A model generated the notes under the pieces. That model was not told the DNA's origin, ran no database searches, and worked only from the letters and a program-made list of their open reading frames with translations. The position numbers and the translations under genes are program-made. DNA of 64,000 nucleotides from Actinomycetota bacterium (GTDB lineage Bacteria; Actinomycetota; Actinomycetes; S36-B12; UBA10799): positions 393,550 through 457,549 of the forward strand of contig JACJWR010000003.1 in assembly GCA_020637055.1 (NCBI GenBank), read 5' to 3'. Of the stretch, positions 54,204 through 64,000 are shown piece by piece (position 1 is the stretch's first letter; every line of letters starts with the position of its first letter).

Positions 54204-55978
54204 CCCGGAGGCCCGGTGACCTTCTCCCGCCAACGGTTGGTCACCGGAAGGCGGCGGTCCCGACCGAACGCCTTGTAGGTGATCTTGGTGCCGGGCGGGT
54301 ACTGCCGACGTTTGTATTCGGCGGCGTCGATCATGCGGACCACACGATGCACGAGTTCGGCATCGAATCCGCGGTCCACCAGCTCGCCAGCGCCGAGATC
54401 CTGCTCCACATACGCATCGAGCAAGGCGTCGAGCAGGGCGTAGTCGGGGAGGGAATCGCTGTCGCGCTGATCTGGCCGCAACTCGGCCGAGGGCTCCTTC
54501 TCGATCGAGTTCACCGGGATCGGTGGCAGTCGGCCGGCTTCGGCGGCCGAGCTGTTGCGCCATCGGGAGAGTTCCCAGACCAGCGACTTCGGGACGTCCT
54601 TGATTGGCGCGAATCCGCCCACCGCATCGCCGTAAATGGTCGAGTACCCCACCGCGATCTCGCTCTTGTTTCCCGTGGCCAACACCAGAGGCCCCTCCCC
54701 GTTGGAGATCCCCATGAGTGTCACACCGCGGATGCGGGCCTGCAAGTTCTCCTCCGCCAAACCCGTGAAGTGCAGCGAGTCCTGGAACGCATCGACCATC
54801 GGGGCGATCGGCACAGTGCGGAATTTCAGCCCGGTCCGTCGTGCCAACTCCGCGGCATCGTCCCGTGAATGCTGAGACGAGTATGTGCTCGGCATCGATA
54901 CGCCGATCACGTTCTCGGGTCCGACCGCATCACAGGCGATCGCGGCCACCAGGGCCGAATCGATCCCACCGGACAGACCCAGCGCAACGGTGCTGAACCC
55001 GTTCTTGCGCACGTAGTCGCCGAGTCCGGTCACCAGCGCCTCGTAGACCTCGGCCGGGTCCGGGAGTTCGGGCGCGATGCTGGCCGGGGCGAGCGGGGGC
55101 TTGGCTGTGGCAGTCGGAGGCGCCGGAATGACCAGGGTGGGAGTCCGGGCCTCGTTGGCGACGGGCAGTTCCAGATCGACCACCAAGGTTTCCTCGACGA
55201 ACTCGTGTGCCCGGGCGAGGACGTGGCCCGCCGGCGTGACGACCATCGAATCACCGTCGAAAACCAATTCATCCTGACCGCCGACCATGTTCACGTAGGC
55301 GAGGACACACTCGGCTTCGGCGGCTCGACGTTGGCACAACTCGAGGCGGGCATCGTCCTTGGAGCGTTCGTACGGCGAGCCGTTGATCACGAGGAGCAGG
55401 CCGGCGTCGGCATCCCGCACGCGTGCGACCGGGCCGCCGGGCTGCCACAGGTCCTCGCAGATGGCGAGTGCAACATCAACCCCTCGCACCCGCATGACCA
55501 GGGATTCTTGGCCCGGCACGAAGTAGCGGTACTCGTCGAACACGCCGTAGTTCGGCAGGTGGTGTTTGGCGTAGACGCCCGCCACCCTTCCACGGTGCAG
55601 GACCGCGGCTGCGTTCCGTGGGGCGCCGTGCGGCCTACCCAGTTCCCGCGTGCGATGCCCCTCGGTGTCGAGGAAGCCCACTACCGCGGGAATCTCACCG
55701 ACACCGTCGGCGTCGAGGTCGCGGGCCAGTCGCTCGAGGGCTGCAACGCTGGCGCGTTGGAACGACTCCCGCAGCGCGAGGTCTTCGATCGGGTATCCGG
55801 TCAGCACCATCTCCGGGAACGCCACCAGGTCGGCACCCGCCCGTGCCGCGGTGGCGGCGTAGCGCCGGATCAAGTCCGCGTTGCCCGCGAGGTCGCCGAC
55901 CGTCGGATTCACCTGTGCCAGCGCCAGGCGGAACCCTACGGTTGCGGATTCCGGAGAAGTTCCACCACCAGATGACAT
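54200..55978 (-). CDS. nadE: glutamine-dependent NAD+ synthetase
   Basis: It has an N-terminal CN-hydrolase domain (LALAQVNP..GD, FPEM) and a C-terminal synthetase domain (GLSGGIDS). Start set at ATG 55978. Confidence 0.9.
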   Translation of the reverse strand: MSSGGGTSPESATVGFRLALAQVNPTVGDLAGNADLIRRYAATAARAGADLVAFPEMVLTGYPIEDLALRESFQRASVAALERLARDLDADGVGEIPAVVGFLDTEGHRTRELGRPHGAPRNAAAVLHRGRVAGVYAKHHLPNYGVFDEYRYFVPGQESLVMRVRGVDVALAICEDLWQPGGPVARVRDADAGLLLVINGSPYERSKDDARLELCQRRAAEAECVLAYVNMVGGQDELVFDGDSMVVTPAGHVLARAHEFVEETLVVDLELPVANEARTPTLVIPAPPTATAKPPLAPASIAPELPDPAEVYEALVTGLGDYVRKNGFSTVALGLSGGIDSALVAAIACDAVGPENVIGVSMPSTYSSQHSRDDAAELARRTGLKFRTVPIAPMVDAFQDSLHFTGLAEENLQARIRGVTLMGISNGEGPLVLATGNKSEIAVGYSTIYGDAVGGFAPIKDVPKSLVWELSRWRNSSAAEAGRLPPIPVNSIEKEPSAELRPDQRDSDSLPDYALLDALLDAYVEQDLGAGELVDRGFDAELVHRVVRMIDAAEYKRRQYPPGTKITYKAFGRDRRLPVTNRWREKVTGPPG

Positions 55979-56034
55979 AGCGCAAGTGTGGCAGCGGCGG
56001 CACACGGAAGGAGTCGCGGTGGCAGGCTAGGGCC

Positions 56035-57372
56035 ATGGACAAGCAGACCGAGTTCGTGTTGCGGGCGATCGAAGAGCGCGACATCCGATTCGTCCGGTTG
56101 TGGTTCACCGATGTGTTGGGACAGTTGAAGTCGGTTGCCATCGCGCCTGCCGAACTCGAGGGGGCCTTCGACGAGGGGATCGGGTTCGATGGTTCGGCAA
56201 TCCAGGGTTTCACCCGGGTCACCGAGGCGGACATGCTCGCCCGGCCGGATCCCTCGACCTTCCAGATCCTTCCTTGGCGTGGTGAGAAGGACGCCGTGGC
56301 CCGGATGTTCTGCGATATTGCGTTGCCCGACGGATCTCCGTCGCACGCGGATCCGCGATTCGTCCTCAAGCGGGCGCTCGAAAGTGCGGCGGCGGACGGC
56401 TTCACCTACTACACCCACCCCGAGATCGAGTTCTACCTGCTGCGGGAGCGACCGGCCGAAGGGGGCCGACCGGTCCCGGTGGACGACGCGGGCTACTTCG
56501 ACCACGCGACGCTCGGCCCGGCGCATGACTTCCGTCGCAAGGCGATCACCATGCTCGAGGACATGGGAATCTCGGTCGAGTTCAGCCACCACGAGGGGGG
56601 ACCCGGTCAACAGGAGATCGATCTGCGCTACGCCGACGCCCTTTCCACGGCCGACAACATCATGACCTTCCGCACCGTGGTCAAGGAAGTGGCCGTCGAG
56701 CGCGGGGTATGGGCGACGTTCATGCCCAAACCGTTCCGCGACCACCCCGGTTCGGGTATGCACACCCATCTGAGCCTCTTCGAGGGCGACCACAACGCCT
56801 TCGCCGATCCGTCCGCGCCGATGGGACTGTCGACCGTCGGGCGTTCCTTCATCGCCGGCCTGCTGCACCACGCACCGGAGATGTCCGCGATCACCAACCA
56901 GTGGGTGAACTCCTACAAGAGGTTGGCGGCGGGCGGCGAAGCACCCACCTACGTCTGCTGGGGCCACGACAACCGTTCGGCCTTGGTCCGGGTGCCGATG
57001 TACAAACCGCACAAGAGCAACAGCACCAGGATCGAGTTGCGCAGTCTCGATCCGGCATGCAACCCGTACCTCGCCTTCGCGGTGATGCTGGCCGCCGGGA
57101 TGAAGGGCGTCCGGGAGGGCTACGAACTGCCACCGGCTGCCGAGGACAACGTGTGGAATCTGACCGATCGGGAGCGCTGGGCCATGGGTCTGCGCCCGCT
57201 CCCGGGCAGCCTGCATCAAGCGATCGAGGCGATGGAGGACTCCGAACTCGTGGCGGAGACGTTGGGGGAGCACGTCTTCGACTTCTTCCTGTCCAACAAG
57301 CGGGCGGAGTGGGAGGACTACCGTCGGCAGGTCACCCAGTTCGAACTCGACCGCTACCTGCGCCTGCTGTAG
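56035..57372 (+). CDS. glnA: type I glutamine synthetase
   Basis: IRFVRLWFTDVLG, FDGS.I.GF, HHEGGPGQQEI and NPYLAF. Confidence 0.9.
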   Translation: MDKQTEFVLRAIEERDIRFVRLWFTDVLGQLKSVAIAPAELEGAFDEGIGFDGSAIQGFTRVTEADMLARPDPSTFQILPWRGEKDAVARMFCDIALPDGSPSHADPRFVLKRALESAAADGFTYYTHPEIEFYLLRERPAEGGRPVPVDDAGYFDHATLGPAHDFRRKAITMLEDMGISVEFSHHEGGPGQQEIDLRYADALSTADNIMTFRTVVKEVAVERGVWATFMPKPFRDHPGSGMHTHLSLFEGDHNAFADPSAPMGLSTVGRSFIAGLLHHAPEMSAITNQWVNSYKRLAAGGEAPTYVCWGHDNRSALVRVPMYKPHKSNSTRIELRSLDPACNPYLAFAVMLAAGMKGVREGYELPPAAEDNVWNLTDRERWAMGLRPLPGSLHQAIEAMEDSELVAETLGEHVFDFFLSNKRAEWEDYRRQVTQFELDRYLRLL

Positions 57373-57387
57373 GCAGCGGCGATCGCG

Positions 57388-60384
57388 ATGACCAAGGCTT
57401 CGAGATCCTCCGACCCCACCTCCAGGGCAGCCCTGGCCGGAGCGGGCTTCACCGACCTGGAAAAGGCCCGCCGACTGTGGGCGGAGCCGGCACTAGTTGA
57501 GATCGCGGATCGCGAAGTCGTCGCCGACTTCGGCGTGGCCGCCGACCCTGACCTCGCACTGCTGCTGTTGTCCCGGTTGCTCGGCTCCGACGATTGCCCG
57601 GCCGAACTCTGCGGGGCGCTGATGGCCGATCCGCAGCGCCGCCGCCGCCTGTTCCGGATGCTCGGCCTGAGCGCCGGTCTCGGCGAGATCCTCCTCCGAC
57701 ACCCCGAGTGGTATGAGGTGGCCTGCGACGAGCCCTCCTGGCCGTCGGCAGCCCAGGTGCGCGCAGAGTTCCTGGTGGGGGTGGGGGCGAATCCCGACGC
57801 CGAGTTCCCGACCGCGGCTGCGGGTGGCCCCGAGACGTACGTCGAACTGCGCCGAGCCTACGGCCGTCAGATGGTGCGGATCGCCAACGCCGATCTCAAC
57901 TCCGGCGCCGAGGTCTCCGACATCACGGCCGCGCTGTCGGAGGTGGCCGACGCGGTGCTGGACGCTTCTCTGGCGATCGCGCGGGCCGAGGTTCCCGAGC
58001 ACGACTGCGCCCGACTCGGCATCATCGCGATGGGCAAGTGCGGGGCGGGGGAACTCAACTACCTGTCCGACGTCGACGTGATCTTCGTCGCCGAGCCAGC
58101 CCGGGACGACGTCGACGAGGCCGTCGCACTACGGGTGGCAACCCAGATCGCCCAACGTTTGATGAACGTCACCGTGGCCAGCACGGTGGAGGGTTCGATC
58201 TGGCAGGTCGACGCCGGACTCCGGCCGGAGGGGAAGTCCGGCGCCCTGGTGCGGACGTTGCGCTCTCACCTGGACTACTACCAGCGGTGGGCGAAGACCT
58301 GGGAGTTCCAGGCGCTGTTGAAGGCCCGGGCGGCGGCCGGCGACGTGGAACTGGCTCGGGCCTTCGTGGCCGAGACCAGGCCGTTGGTGTGGAGTGCGTC
58401 GAGGCGTCCGGATTTCGTCGGCGAGGTGCAGCAGATGCGCCGACGGGTCGAACAGAACATCCCCAACAAACACGCCGGCCGGGAACTCAAGCTCGGACCC
58501 GGCGGGCTGCGCGACATCGAGTTTTCGGTGCAGATGCTGCAGATGGTGCACGGCAGTTCCGACATCACGGTGCGGGCACCGGCCACCTTGGCCGCGTTGG
58601 AGCAACTGGCCACCTGGGGCTATGTCGGACGTGAGGATGCCCGCGCGCTCTCTGAGGCGTACGCGTTCCAGCGCACGTTGGAGCACCGGCTCCAACTGCG
58701 GAGTCTGCGGCGGACCCATATGCTGCCCGAGGCCCCGGAGGATCTGCGCTGGCTTGGCCGCTCCCTCGGACTGAAGCCGGATCCGGGAGAGGAACTGCTG
58801 AAGCGGTGGCGGGCAGTCTCGCTGGACGTCCGACGTTTGCACGAGAAGCTGTTCTACCGGCCGTTGCTCAACGCGGTGGCCAAACTCGAACCCGGCCAAG
58901 CGCGGTTGACGCCCGAGGCCGCGGCCGACCGGCTCACCATGCTGGGCTACCGGGATCCGGCCGGGGCGCTGCGGCACTTGCAGGCGCTGTCTGCTGGAGT
59001 GAGCCGTCGGGCGGCCATCCAACGCACCTTGCTGCCGGTCATGCTGGATTGGTTCGCCCAGGGGCCCGATCCGGATGCCGGTCTGCTGGGTTTCCGGCAT
59101 GTGAGCGACGAGTTGGGAGCCACGCCCTGGTATCTGCGCCTGCTGCGGGACGAATCGGCGGTGGCCGAGCGACTGGCGCTGATCCTGTCAACCTCCCGAT
59201 ACGCCTCCGAACTTCTCGTCCGGGCTCCCGAGGCGGTGCAGATCCTGGCCGATTCAACCGCTGCCCCGCCAACCGACCGGGGTGCCTTGGTCGCCGAGAT
59301 GAGGGCCGTCGCCCGACGGCACCGGCGAGCCGACTCGGCCATGGCTGCGGTGCGCGGGATTCGGCGCCGGGAGTTGTTTCGAACAGCTTCGTCGGATCTG
59401 CTGCACGATCTCGGCGTCGAATCGGTGGCCGAAGGCCTGGCAGTGATCACTGACGCCACCATCGACGCCGCCCTGGCGGCGGCCGTCGCCGAGGTCGAGT
59501 CCGTCCGGGGGGAGTCGTTGCCCACCCGATTGCTGATCGTCGCCATGGGCCGGCTCGGTGGGCGGGATCTGTCCTACGCGTCCGACGCCGACGTGATGTT
59601 CGTACATGATCCGCTGCCGGGGACCGATCCTGTGGCTGCCGCCGATGTCGCCCGGGATGTTTTCAACCGGGTGCGGGCCGGTCTATCCGTACCAAGTCCG
59701 GACCCGCCGCTCGAATTGGACGCCGATCTCCGACCGGAGGGTCGCCAGGGCGCCCTGGTGCGCACCCTCGACAGCTATGCGGCCTACTACCAACGCTTCT
59801 CGGCTCCGTGGGAGGCACAGGCGCTGCTGAAGGCGCGTCCGCTGGCCGGCGACAACGAACTCGCCGAGCAGTTCATGCTGATCGTCGATCCGGTCCGCTA
59901 CCCCGCGGGCGGCTTGACCGCGTCCGACCTGCTGCAGATGAGGCGGTTGAAGGCGCGCATGGAATCCGAGCGGTTGCCGCGCGGAGTCGATCCGCGCCGT
60001 CACACGAAACTCGGTCCGGGCGGCCTCAGCGACGTGGAGTGGGTGGTGCAGTTGATCCAGCAGCAGCACGCCAGCCGGATCTGGGGGCTGCGCACCACCT
60101 CGACGCCGGAGGCCATGGCCGTGGCGGTGGCAGAAGATCTGATCCCGCCGAAGGATGCCGATCGGCTCATGGCGGCTTGGCGGTTCGCCTCCAGCATGCG
60201 CAATGCCAACACCCTCGTGCTCGGCAAGCCAAGCGACACCATCCCCAGCGACGTGCGGGAGATCTCCGCGGTGTCCCGGGTGTTGGGCTATGAACCGGGG
60301 CAGAGTTCGGACATGCTCGAGGACTATTTCCGGACGACTCGTCGCTCCCGCAAGGCGTTCGATCGACTTTTCTTCCGCGACTGA
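57388..60384 (+). CDS. glnE: bifunctional glutamine-synthetase adenylyltransferase / adenylyl-removing enzyme
   Basis: 998 aa with two nucleotidyltransferase repeats (GKCGAGELNYLSDVDVIFV and GRLGGRDLSYASDADVMFV). It lies next to glnA. Confidence 0.9.
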   Translation: MTKASRSSDPTSRAALAGAGFTDLEKARRLWAEPALVEIADREVVADFGVAADPDLALLLLSRLLGSDDCPAELCGALMADPQRRRRLFRMLGLSAGLGEILLRHPEWYEVACDEPSWPSAAQVRAEFLVGVGANPDAEFPTAAAGGPETYVELRRAYGRQMVRIANADLNSGAEVSDITAALSEVADAVLDASLAIARAEVPEHDCARLGIIAMGKCGAGELNYLSDVDVIFVAEPARDDVDEAVALRVATQIAQRLMNVTVASTVEGSIWQVDAGLRPEGKSGALVRTLRSHLDYYQRWAKTWEFQALLKARAAAGDVELARAFVAETRPLVWSASRRPDFVGEVQQMRRRVEQNIPNKHAGRELKLGPGGLRDIEFSVQMLQMVHGSSDITVRAPATLAALEQLATWGYVGREDARALSEAYAFQRTLEHRLQLRSLRRTHMLPEAPEDLRWLGRSLGLKPDPGEELLKRWRAVSLDVRRLHEKLFYRPLLNAVAKLEPGQARLTPEAAADRLTMLGYRDPAGALRHLQALSAGVSRRAAIQRTLLPVMLDWFAQGPDPDAGLLGFRHVSDELGATPWYLRLLRDESAVAERLALILSTSRYASELLVRAPEAVQILADSTAAPPTDRGALVAEMRAVARRHRRADSAMAAVRGIRRRELFRTASSDLLHDLGVESVAEGLAVITDATIDAALAAAVAEVESVRGESLPTRLLIVAMGRLGGRDLSYASDADVMFVHDPLPGTDPVAAADVARDVFNRVRAGLSVPSPDPPLELDADLRPEGRQGALVRTLDSYAAYYQRFSAPWEAQALLKARPLAGDNELAEQFMLIVDPVRYPAGGLTASDLLQMRRLKARMESERLPRGVDPRRHTKLGPGGLSDVEWVVQLIQQQHASRIWGLRTTSTPEAMAVAVAEDLIPPKDADRLMAAWRFASSMRNANTLVLGKPSDTIPSDVREISAVSRVLGYEPGQSSDMLEDYFRTTRRSRKAFDRLFFRD

Positions 60385-60482
60385 GCCGCACCCGGGCCCG
60401 ACCGGCTGGCGCTGGAGTGGCTTCGAGGCCACCGGCCGTGGAACACTTCGACGACTTTCGCCCCCTGAGTCTGGAGTTGGCC

Positions 60483-61040
60483 ATGGCACGAACCCACGTT
60501 GTTGCTGTTGCGTCGATGGGGGCTGCAGCCCTCGCGCTCGCCGGATGTTCGTCCGGATCCTCCGAGTCGACCACGGTCACGGTCACCGCCACCCCCTCGG
60601 CGGCGGAAACCACGGCTGCCGCTCCGGCGACGAGCGCCGCCGCCGCTCCGAGCGCCTCGGTGGCGGCTTCGGCGACGGCCGACTCGGTGTCCTTCCCGGC
60701 GCCCCCCTCGGGATCCACGACCCTGCAGACCTCGAATTCCAATGGGGTGGAGTACGCGCGCTACTCGAACTCCTCCCAGCAGCCGCAGCAGGTGGTCGAC
60801 TACTACTCACAGCAGTGGCAGAACGAGGGCTACTCGATGACAAGTTCGGGTGGTGGCGGTGGCGGCTACGGCAAATACGGTGGGGCCGATGCCGGAGCCG
60901 AGGGCAACAAAGAGGGGTCCTATGTGAACGTGCAGGCCGGGGGCAGCACGTCCGGGCCGACCTATTTCGAGGTGTGCATGGGACCCGACCAGTCCGCCGT
61001 GAACCAATGCGGCAACCAGTCGAATTCGGGTTCCAGCTGA
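60483..61040 (+). CDS. lipoprotein, unknown function
   Basis: It has the lipobox LALAGCSS and a Thr/Ala/Ser-rich linker. Start set at ATG 60483. Confidence 0.55.
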   Translation: MARTHVVAVASMGAAALALAGCSSGSSESTTVTVTATPSAAETTAAAPATSAAAAPSASVAASATADSVSFPAPPSGSTTLQTSNSNGVEYARYSNSSQQPQQVVDYYSQQWQNEGYSMTSSGGGGGGYGKYGGADAGAEGNKEGSYVNVQAGGSTSGPTYFEVCMGPDQSAVNQCGNQSNSGSS

Positions 61041-61973
61041 GTGGAGTACAGCTTCGGCCTGGCGCCGAACGTGGTTGCTCCGCCGCCGGTGGAGATCAGC
61101 TTCTCCGCGATGGGGACCTGGTGCCACGTGATCACCCACGGCGGCGGACCGCGCGCGGCGGAGCAGGTGCAGGCGCACGTCGCGCGATTGGAGCGGGTGT
61201 GGACCCGCTTCAACCCTGATTCCGAACTTTGTCGTGCGAACGAGTCCGCCGGCCACTGGTGTGACGTCTCTCCGGATACCCGCCGACTTGCCGGCCATGC
61301 TCTGGCAGGGTGGCGATTCAGTTCCGGAGCGTTTGACCCGTTTGTGGCAGGTCGAATGGCCGACATCGGCTACGACCGGGACTTCGCCGAGATCGACGCG
61401 CCGGAACCGCCGCCGGGAAGGTGGCGGCGCGCGCCCGATCGGGTGCCGGTACAAGTCGATGCCAGGCATGAGAGGTTGCGGATCACTCCCGGATTCGAAC
61501 TTGACTCAGGAGGTATCGGCAAAGGTTTGGCGGCTGACTTCGCGGCCGCGGCGGCGCTACGTCGGGGAGTGCGCAGTGTGCTCGTCAACTTGGGCGGCGA
61601 TGTGCGCTGCGCCGGACGGACACCCGCGGACGGCTGGCGCATCGCCCTGGATGATGCGTGGCGGCCCGGCACTGCGTCGGACTGGTCGATCCGGCTTCGC
61701 GCTGGCGGCGTGGCGACGTCGTCGGCCTTGCGGCGGAGTTGGCGCTACTCCGACGGTACCGAGGGGAATCACCTGCTCGACCCACGCACCGGCCTGCCGG
61801 TGCGGGCACGGTATGCGGCAGTCTCGGTGGTCGCCAGGCATGCCTGGGTGGCAGAGGTGCTCACCAAAGCGACTCTGCTGGGGCCGCCGGCCGCGGTGCG
61901 CGGTTTGCTGCACCGCCGGCAGGCCGCCGCGGTGGTGACCCATTTCGACGGCCGACGAGAGCGCCTCGGCTGA
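61041..61973 (+). CDS. apbE: FAD:protein FMN transferase (ApbE family)
   Basis: FSAMGT, DSGGIGKGLAAD, VNLGGDV and HLLDPRTG. Confidence 0.8.
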   Translation: MEYSFGLAPNVVAPPPVEISFSAMGTWCHVITHGGGPRAAEQVQAHVARLERVWTRFNPDSELCRANESAGHWCDVSPDTRRLAGHALAGWRFSSGAFDPFVAGRMADIGYDRDFAEIDAPEPPPGRWRRAPDRVPVQVDARHERLRITPGFELDSGGIGKGLAADFAAAAALRRGVRSVLVNLGGDVRCAGRTPADGWRIALDDAWRPGTASDWSIRLRAGGVATSSALRRSWRYSDGTEGNHLLDPRTGLPVRARYAAVSVVARHAWVAEVLTKATLLGPPAAVRGLLHRRQAAAVVTHFDGRRERLG

Positions 61974-61999
61974 TCGTGGCCCGCGCGGCGTCGCGCAAG

Positions 62000-62755
62000 T
62001 CAAGGCTCGACGATGACGTCGAGTCGCGAGCCCTCCAGCGCGACCGTCCACCCGGCGCGGTCCAGTTCCGCTACCAGACCGGTGGGTGAACGGGGCAGCC
62101 GATCGGCCTCGAGCAGGGAACGCAGCAGTCGACCCTTGTAGGCCTTGTTGTGGTGGCTGACGGCTGTACGCTCGCCGCCGGGGACGCCTTGCCAGATCTT
62201 GACCGTGACGGTGCGTTTGGTCAGTGACTCGGGGATCGGCCAGAGCGAGACGTACGCACTCGAGCGCAGGTCCAGGATGATCGACGGGGCCAGCCGGGAA
62301 ATGTATGAGGTCAGCGGCGCCGACCACAGTTCCCGCAGCGGCGCCATCCCGGGCAGGGGTCCCGCGGACGCCGAGAGCCGGTAGGCGGGAATCCGTTCGG
62401 AAAGACCGACCAGACCGAACAAACCGGAAGCCACCAAGACGTCGGACCTGCCACGACGCCTACCGCGAGTCGTCAAGCTTCCGAAGTCCAGGGCGTCGTA
62501 GAGGACACCGTTGTAGATCTTCCAGGCGGGTGCGGTCGGCGCCTGTCGAAGTCGGGCATTCAGCGTCACCAAATCCGCTTGCCCCGGACTCAGCTTCAGC
62601 AGGCGCCTGGCCCGGGCCGGATCGGAGTCGCACACATCGATCAACGCGTCGAGCACCAACTCTGTGGTCGCCCGCAGTTCGTCGGGCCGGTCGGCCAGGC
62701 TCAATGTCGGTCCGGCCTCCGGGGCTGCCTTGGATTCCGAAGGCGGCAGCAGCAT
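62000..62755 (-). CDS. yaaA: peroxide stress protein YaaA (DUF328)
   Basis: MLLPPSESK... and YNGVLYDAL. Start set at ATG 62755 (GTG 62761 is also possible). Confidence 0.8.
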   Translation of the reverse strand: MLLPPSESKAAPEAGPTLSLADRPDELRATTELVLDALIDVCDSDPARARRLLKLSPGQADLVTLNARLRQAPTAPAWKIYNGVLYDALDFGSLTTRGRRRGRSDVLVASGLFGLVGLSERIPAYRLSASAGPLPGMAPLRELWSAPLTSYISRLAPSIILDLRSSAYVSLWPIPESLTKRTVTVKIWQGVPGGERTAVSHHNKAYKGRLLRSLLEADRLPRSPTGLVAELDRAGWTVALEGSRLDVIVEP

Positions 62756-62973
62756 CAACACCGTGTCACCGAGACCCGACCCCGGAACCGGCGGGAGCCG
62801 CGGGTCTTCCGGTGCGGGCAGCTGGCTTCGGCGTGTTCTCGCCCATGGACCCACCCTATGTCGTCTGCGTACAGCCCATCGACTGGGCGAGGGGAGCGCG
62901 ATCGACAGGTGGTGGGCAACTCGGGTGTGGAATAGTGAAATCGTCGGCAACCGAGCAGAGAGGCACCACTGGC

Positions 62974-63759
62974 ATGGGCGAACATGGCGTTTCGGATCGG
63001 GTGGACCTGGTGGGCAAGCGGGCGATCGTCGCGATCGATTTCCGTCGGGCCCGTGTGTACGCCACCAGCACTCCGGATGGCAGGGTCCCGGAGTCGGTTG
63101 AGGCGGCGGACCCGTGGCACCTGAATCACAACCTGTACCACCGGGAGGGCAACGTCGACGGCACCTATGACATCGACCGCATAGACACCGATGCCTTCTT
63201 CGCCACCGTCGCCCACGAGTTGGCGCCCGCCGAGGAGGTGCTACTGCTGGGCCACGGAAAAGGCAAGTCCAATGCGAGCCACATCTTCTACCACTACCTC
63301 GAGCGCCACTACTCAGACATCGCGGCCAAGGTCGTGGCCGACCTCAGGGTGGATATCGACGACATCACCGATGCGCAGTTGAAGCGGCTGGGCGAACTTT
63401 ACTTCGGAACGGATCAGCCGGTGCGCGACTACGGCGACGGCCGTTGGGGAGAAGCCAGGCCGGGGGAGGACGACAACGTCGCGCACGACTTGAACAACCA
63501 CCACACGGACACCCTCACGGCGATCTTCGACCATCCGGCGAGTGGCAACATCCGATGGGCCGACGTGGTGTCGTTGCTCGGTGCGGTTGGAGTTGTGGAG
63601 GAACGCCACGACGGCAAGTTCAAGGTCACGGTCGGCGCCGAAACCGAAGTGCTCACCAGGCCGCGCGGCAAGGACATCGACAAGGGCATGATCGAGGACC
63701 TACGCCGGATGCTCCGGGGGGCTGGCTACCAGCCGCAGCGACCCGGCAAGGAAGTGTGA
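62974..63759 (+). CDS. hypothetical two-domain protein
   Basis: 261 aa from ATG 62974. The N-terminal domain contains LLLGHGKGKSNASH. The C-terminal 70 aa read IRWADVVSLLGAVG...RPRGKDIDKGMIEDLRRMLRGAG, which is HicA-like by pattern only. Confidence 0.5.
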   Translation: MGEHGVSDRVDLVGKRAIVAIDFRRARVYATSTPDGRVPESVEAADPWHLNHNLYHREGNVDGTYDIDRIDTDAFFATVAHELAPAEEVLLLGHGKGKSNASHIFYHYLERHYSDIAAKVVADLRVDIDDITDAQLKRLGELYFGTDQPVRDYGDGRWGEARPGEDDNVAHDLNNHHTDTLTAIFDHPASGNIRWADVVSLLGAVGVVEERHDGKFKVTVGAETEVLTRPRGKDIDKGMIEDLRRMLRGAGYQPQRPGKEV

Positions 63760-63772
63760 TCGCCGACTACGG

Positions 63773-64000
63773 CTAGCCCCCGGTGACGCCGGCCTCGATG
63801 TCCTGACCCACCGTGGTGGTGATCAACACGGGGATGCCGTTGGGGACTTGACCTTCGAGGCTCTTGGTGAGGTCGGCCACCGGCGGCAGATCGCCGGGCG
63901 TCTGCACCCGGATGAGGATCTTGTTGGAGGCGAAACTGACGTCCTCGACCGTGGCGCCCGGCACCGATTCCACCCACTTGTCGGCCGCCGCCTCGATTCG
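63773..64000 (-). CDS. C-terminal part of a hypothetical protein; the gene starts beyond the window end
   Basis: The minus frame is open from position 64000 (RIEAAADKWVESVPGATVEDV...) to the stop at 63773. Confidence 0.4.
   Translation of the reverse strand, partial: RIEAAADKWVESVPGATVEDVSFASNKILIRVQTPGDLPPVADLTKSLEGQVPNGIPVLITTTVGQDIEAGVTGG

Overview
This is a high-GC actinobacterial chromosome segment, and most of it is conserved housekeeping genes. In order these are recO, uppS, a two-gene permease pair, glyQS, dus, dgt, dnaG, an AlaX-like editing protein, a GH3 hydrolase, two divergent Rpf-like muralytic genes, glgP, aceE with its usual DUF3145 and DUF3052 neighbours, a peroxiredoxin, the NIF3/zinc-ribbon/RNase H/phosphatase cluster, rnpB, ppgK, map, arcC, panB, nadE, glnA, glnE, apbE and yaaA. 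I found four tRNA loci: Met and Asn are intact, Val is intact, and there are displaced 3' fragments of Met and Asn. I saw no rRNA genes and no CRISPR array. The only clearly accessory region is 12.7-22.3 kb. It holds an integrative island of about 8.7 kb inserted in the 3' end of tRNA-Met(CAU) and bounded by 62-nt imperfect direct repeats. The island encodes a tyrosine integrase, an excisionase-like HTH protein, a Prim-Pol, a DUF3631 P-loop protein, a WhiB-like protein and several unknown proteins. I recognised no transfer or virion genes. Five unexplained DNA-level structures lie in or next to the island: (1) eight perfect palindromes spaced about 100-215 bp apart, which stay palindromic although their sequences differ; (2) two inverted arrays of tandem GTCACGG-containing units at the two ends of the DUF3631 gene; (3) a hairpin-rich stretch of about 390 nt that looks noncoding; (4) a cluster of AGTGA/TCACT pentamers in the xis/regulator switch region; (5) a 39-nt perfect inverted copy of the tRNA-Asn 3' half, 9.5 kb from the intact gene. 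Outside the island, glyQS shows several frame changes within about 180 bp, and one response-regulator GGDEF protein has a degenerate AGDRF motif. All calls come from reading the sequence and the supplied ORF translations. No database search was run.
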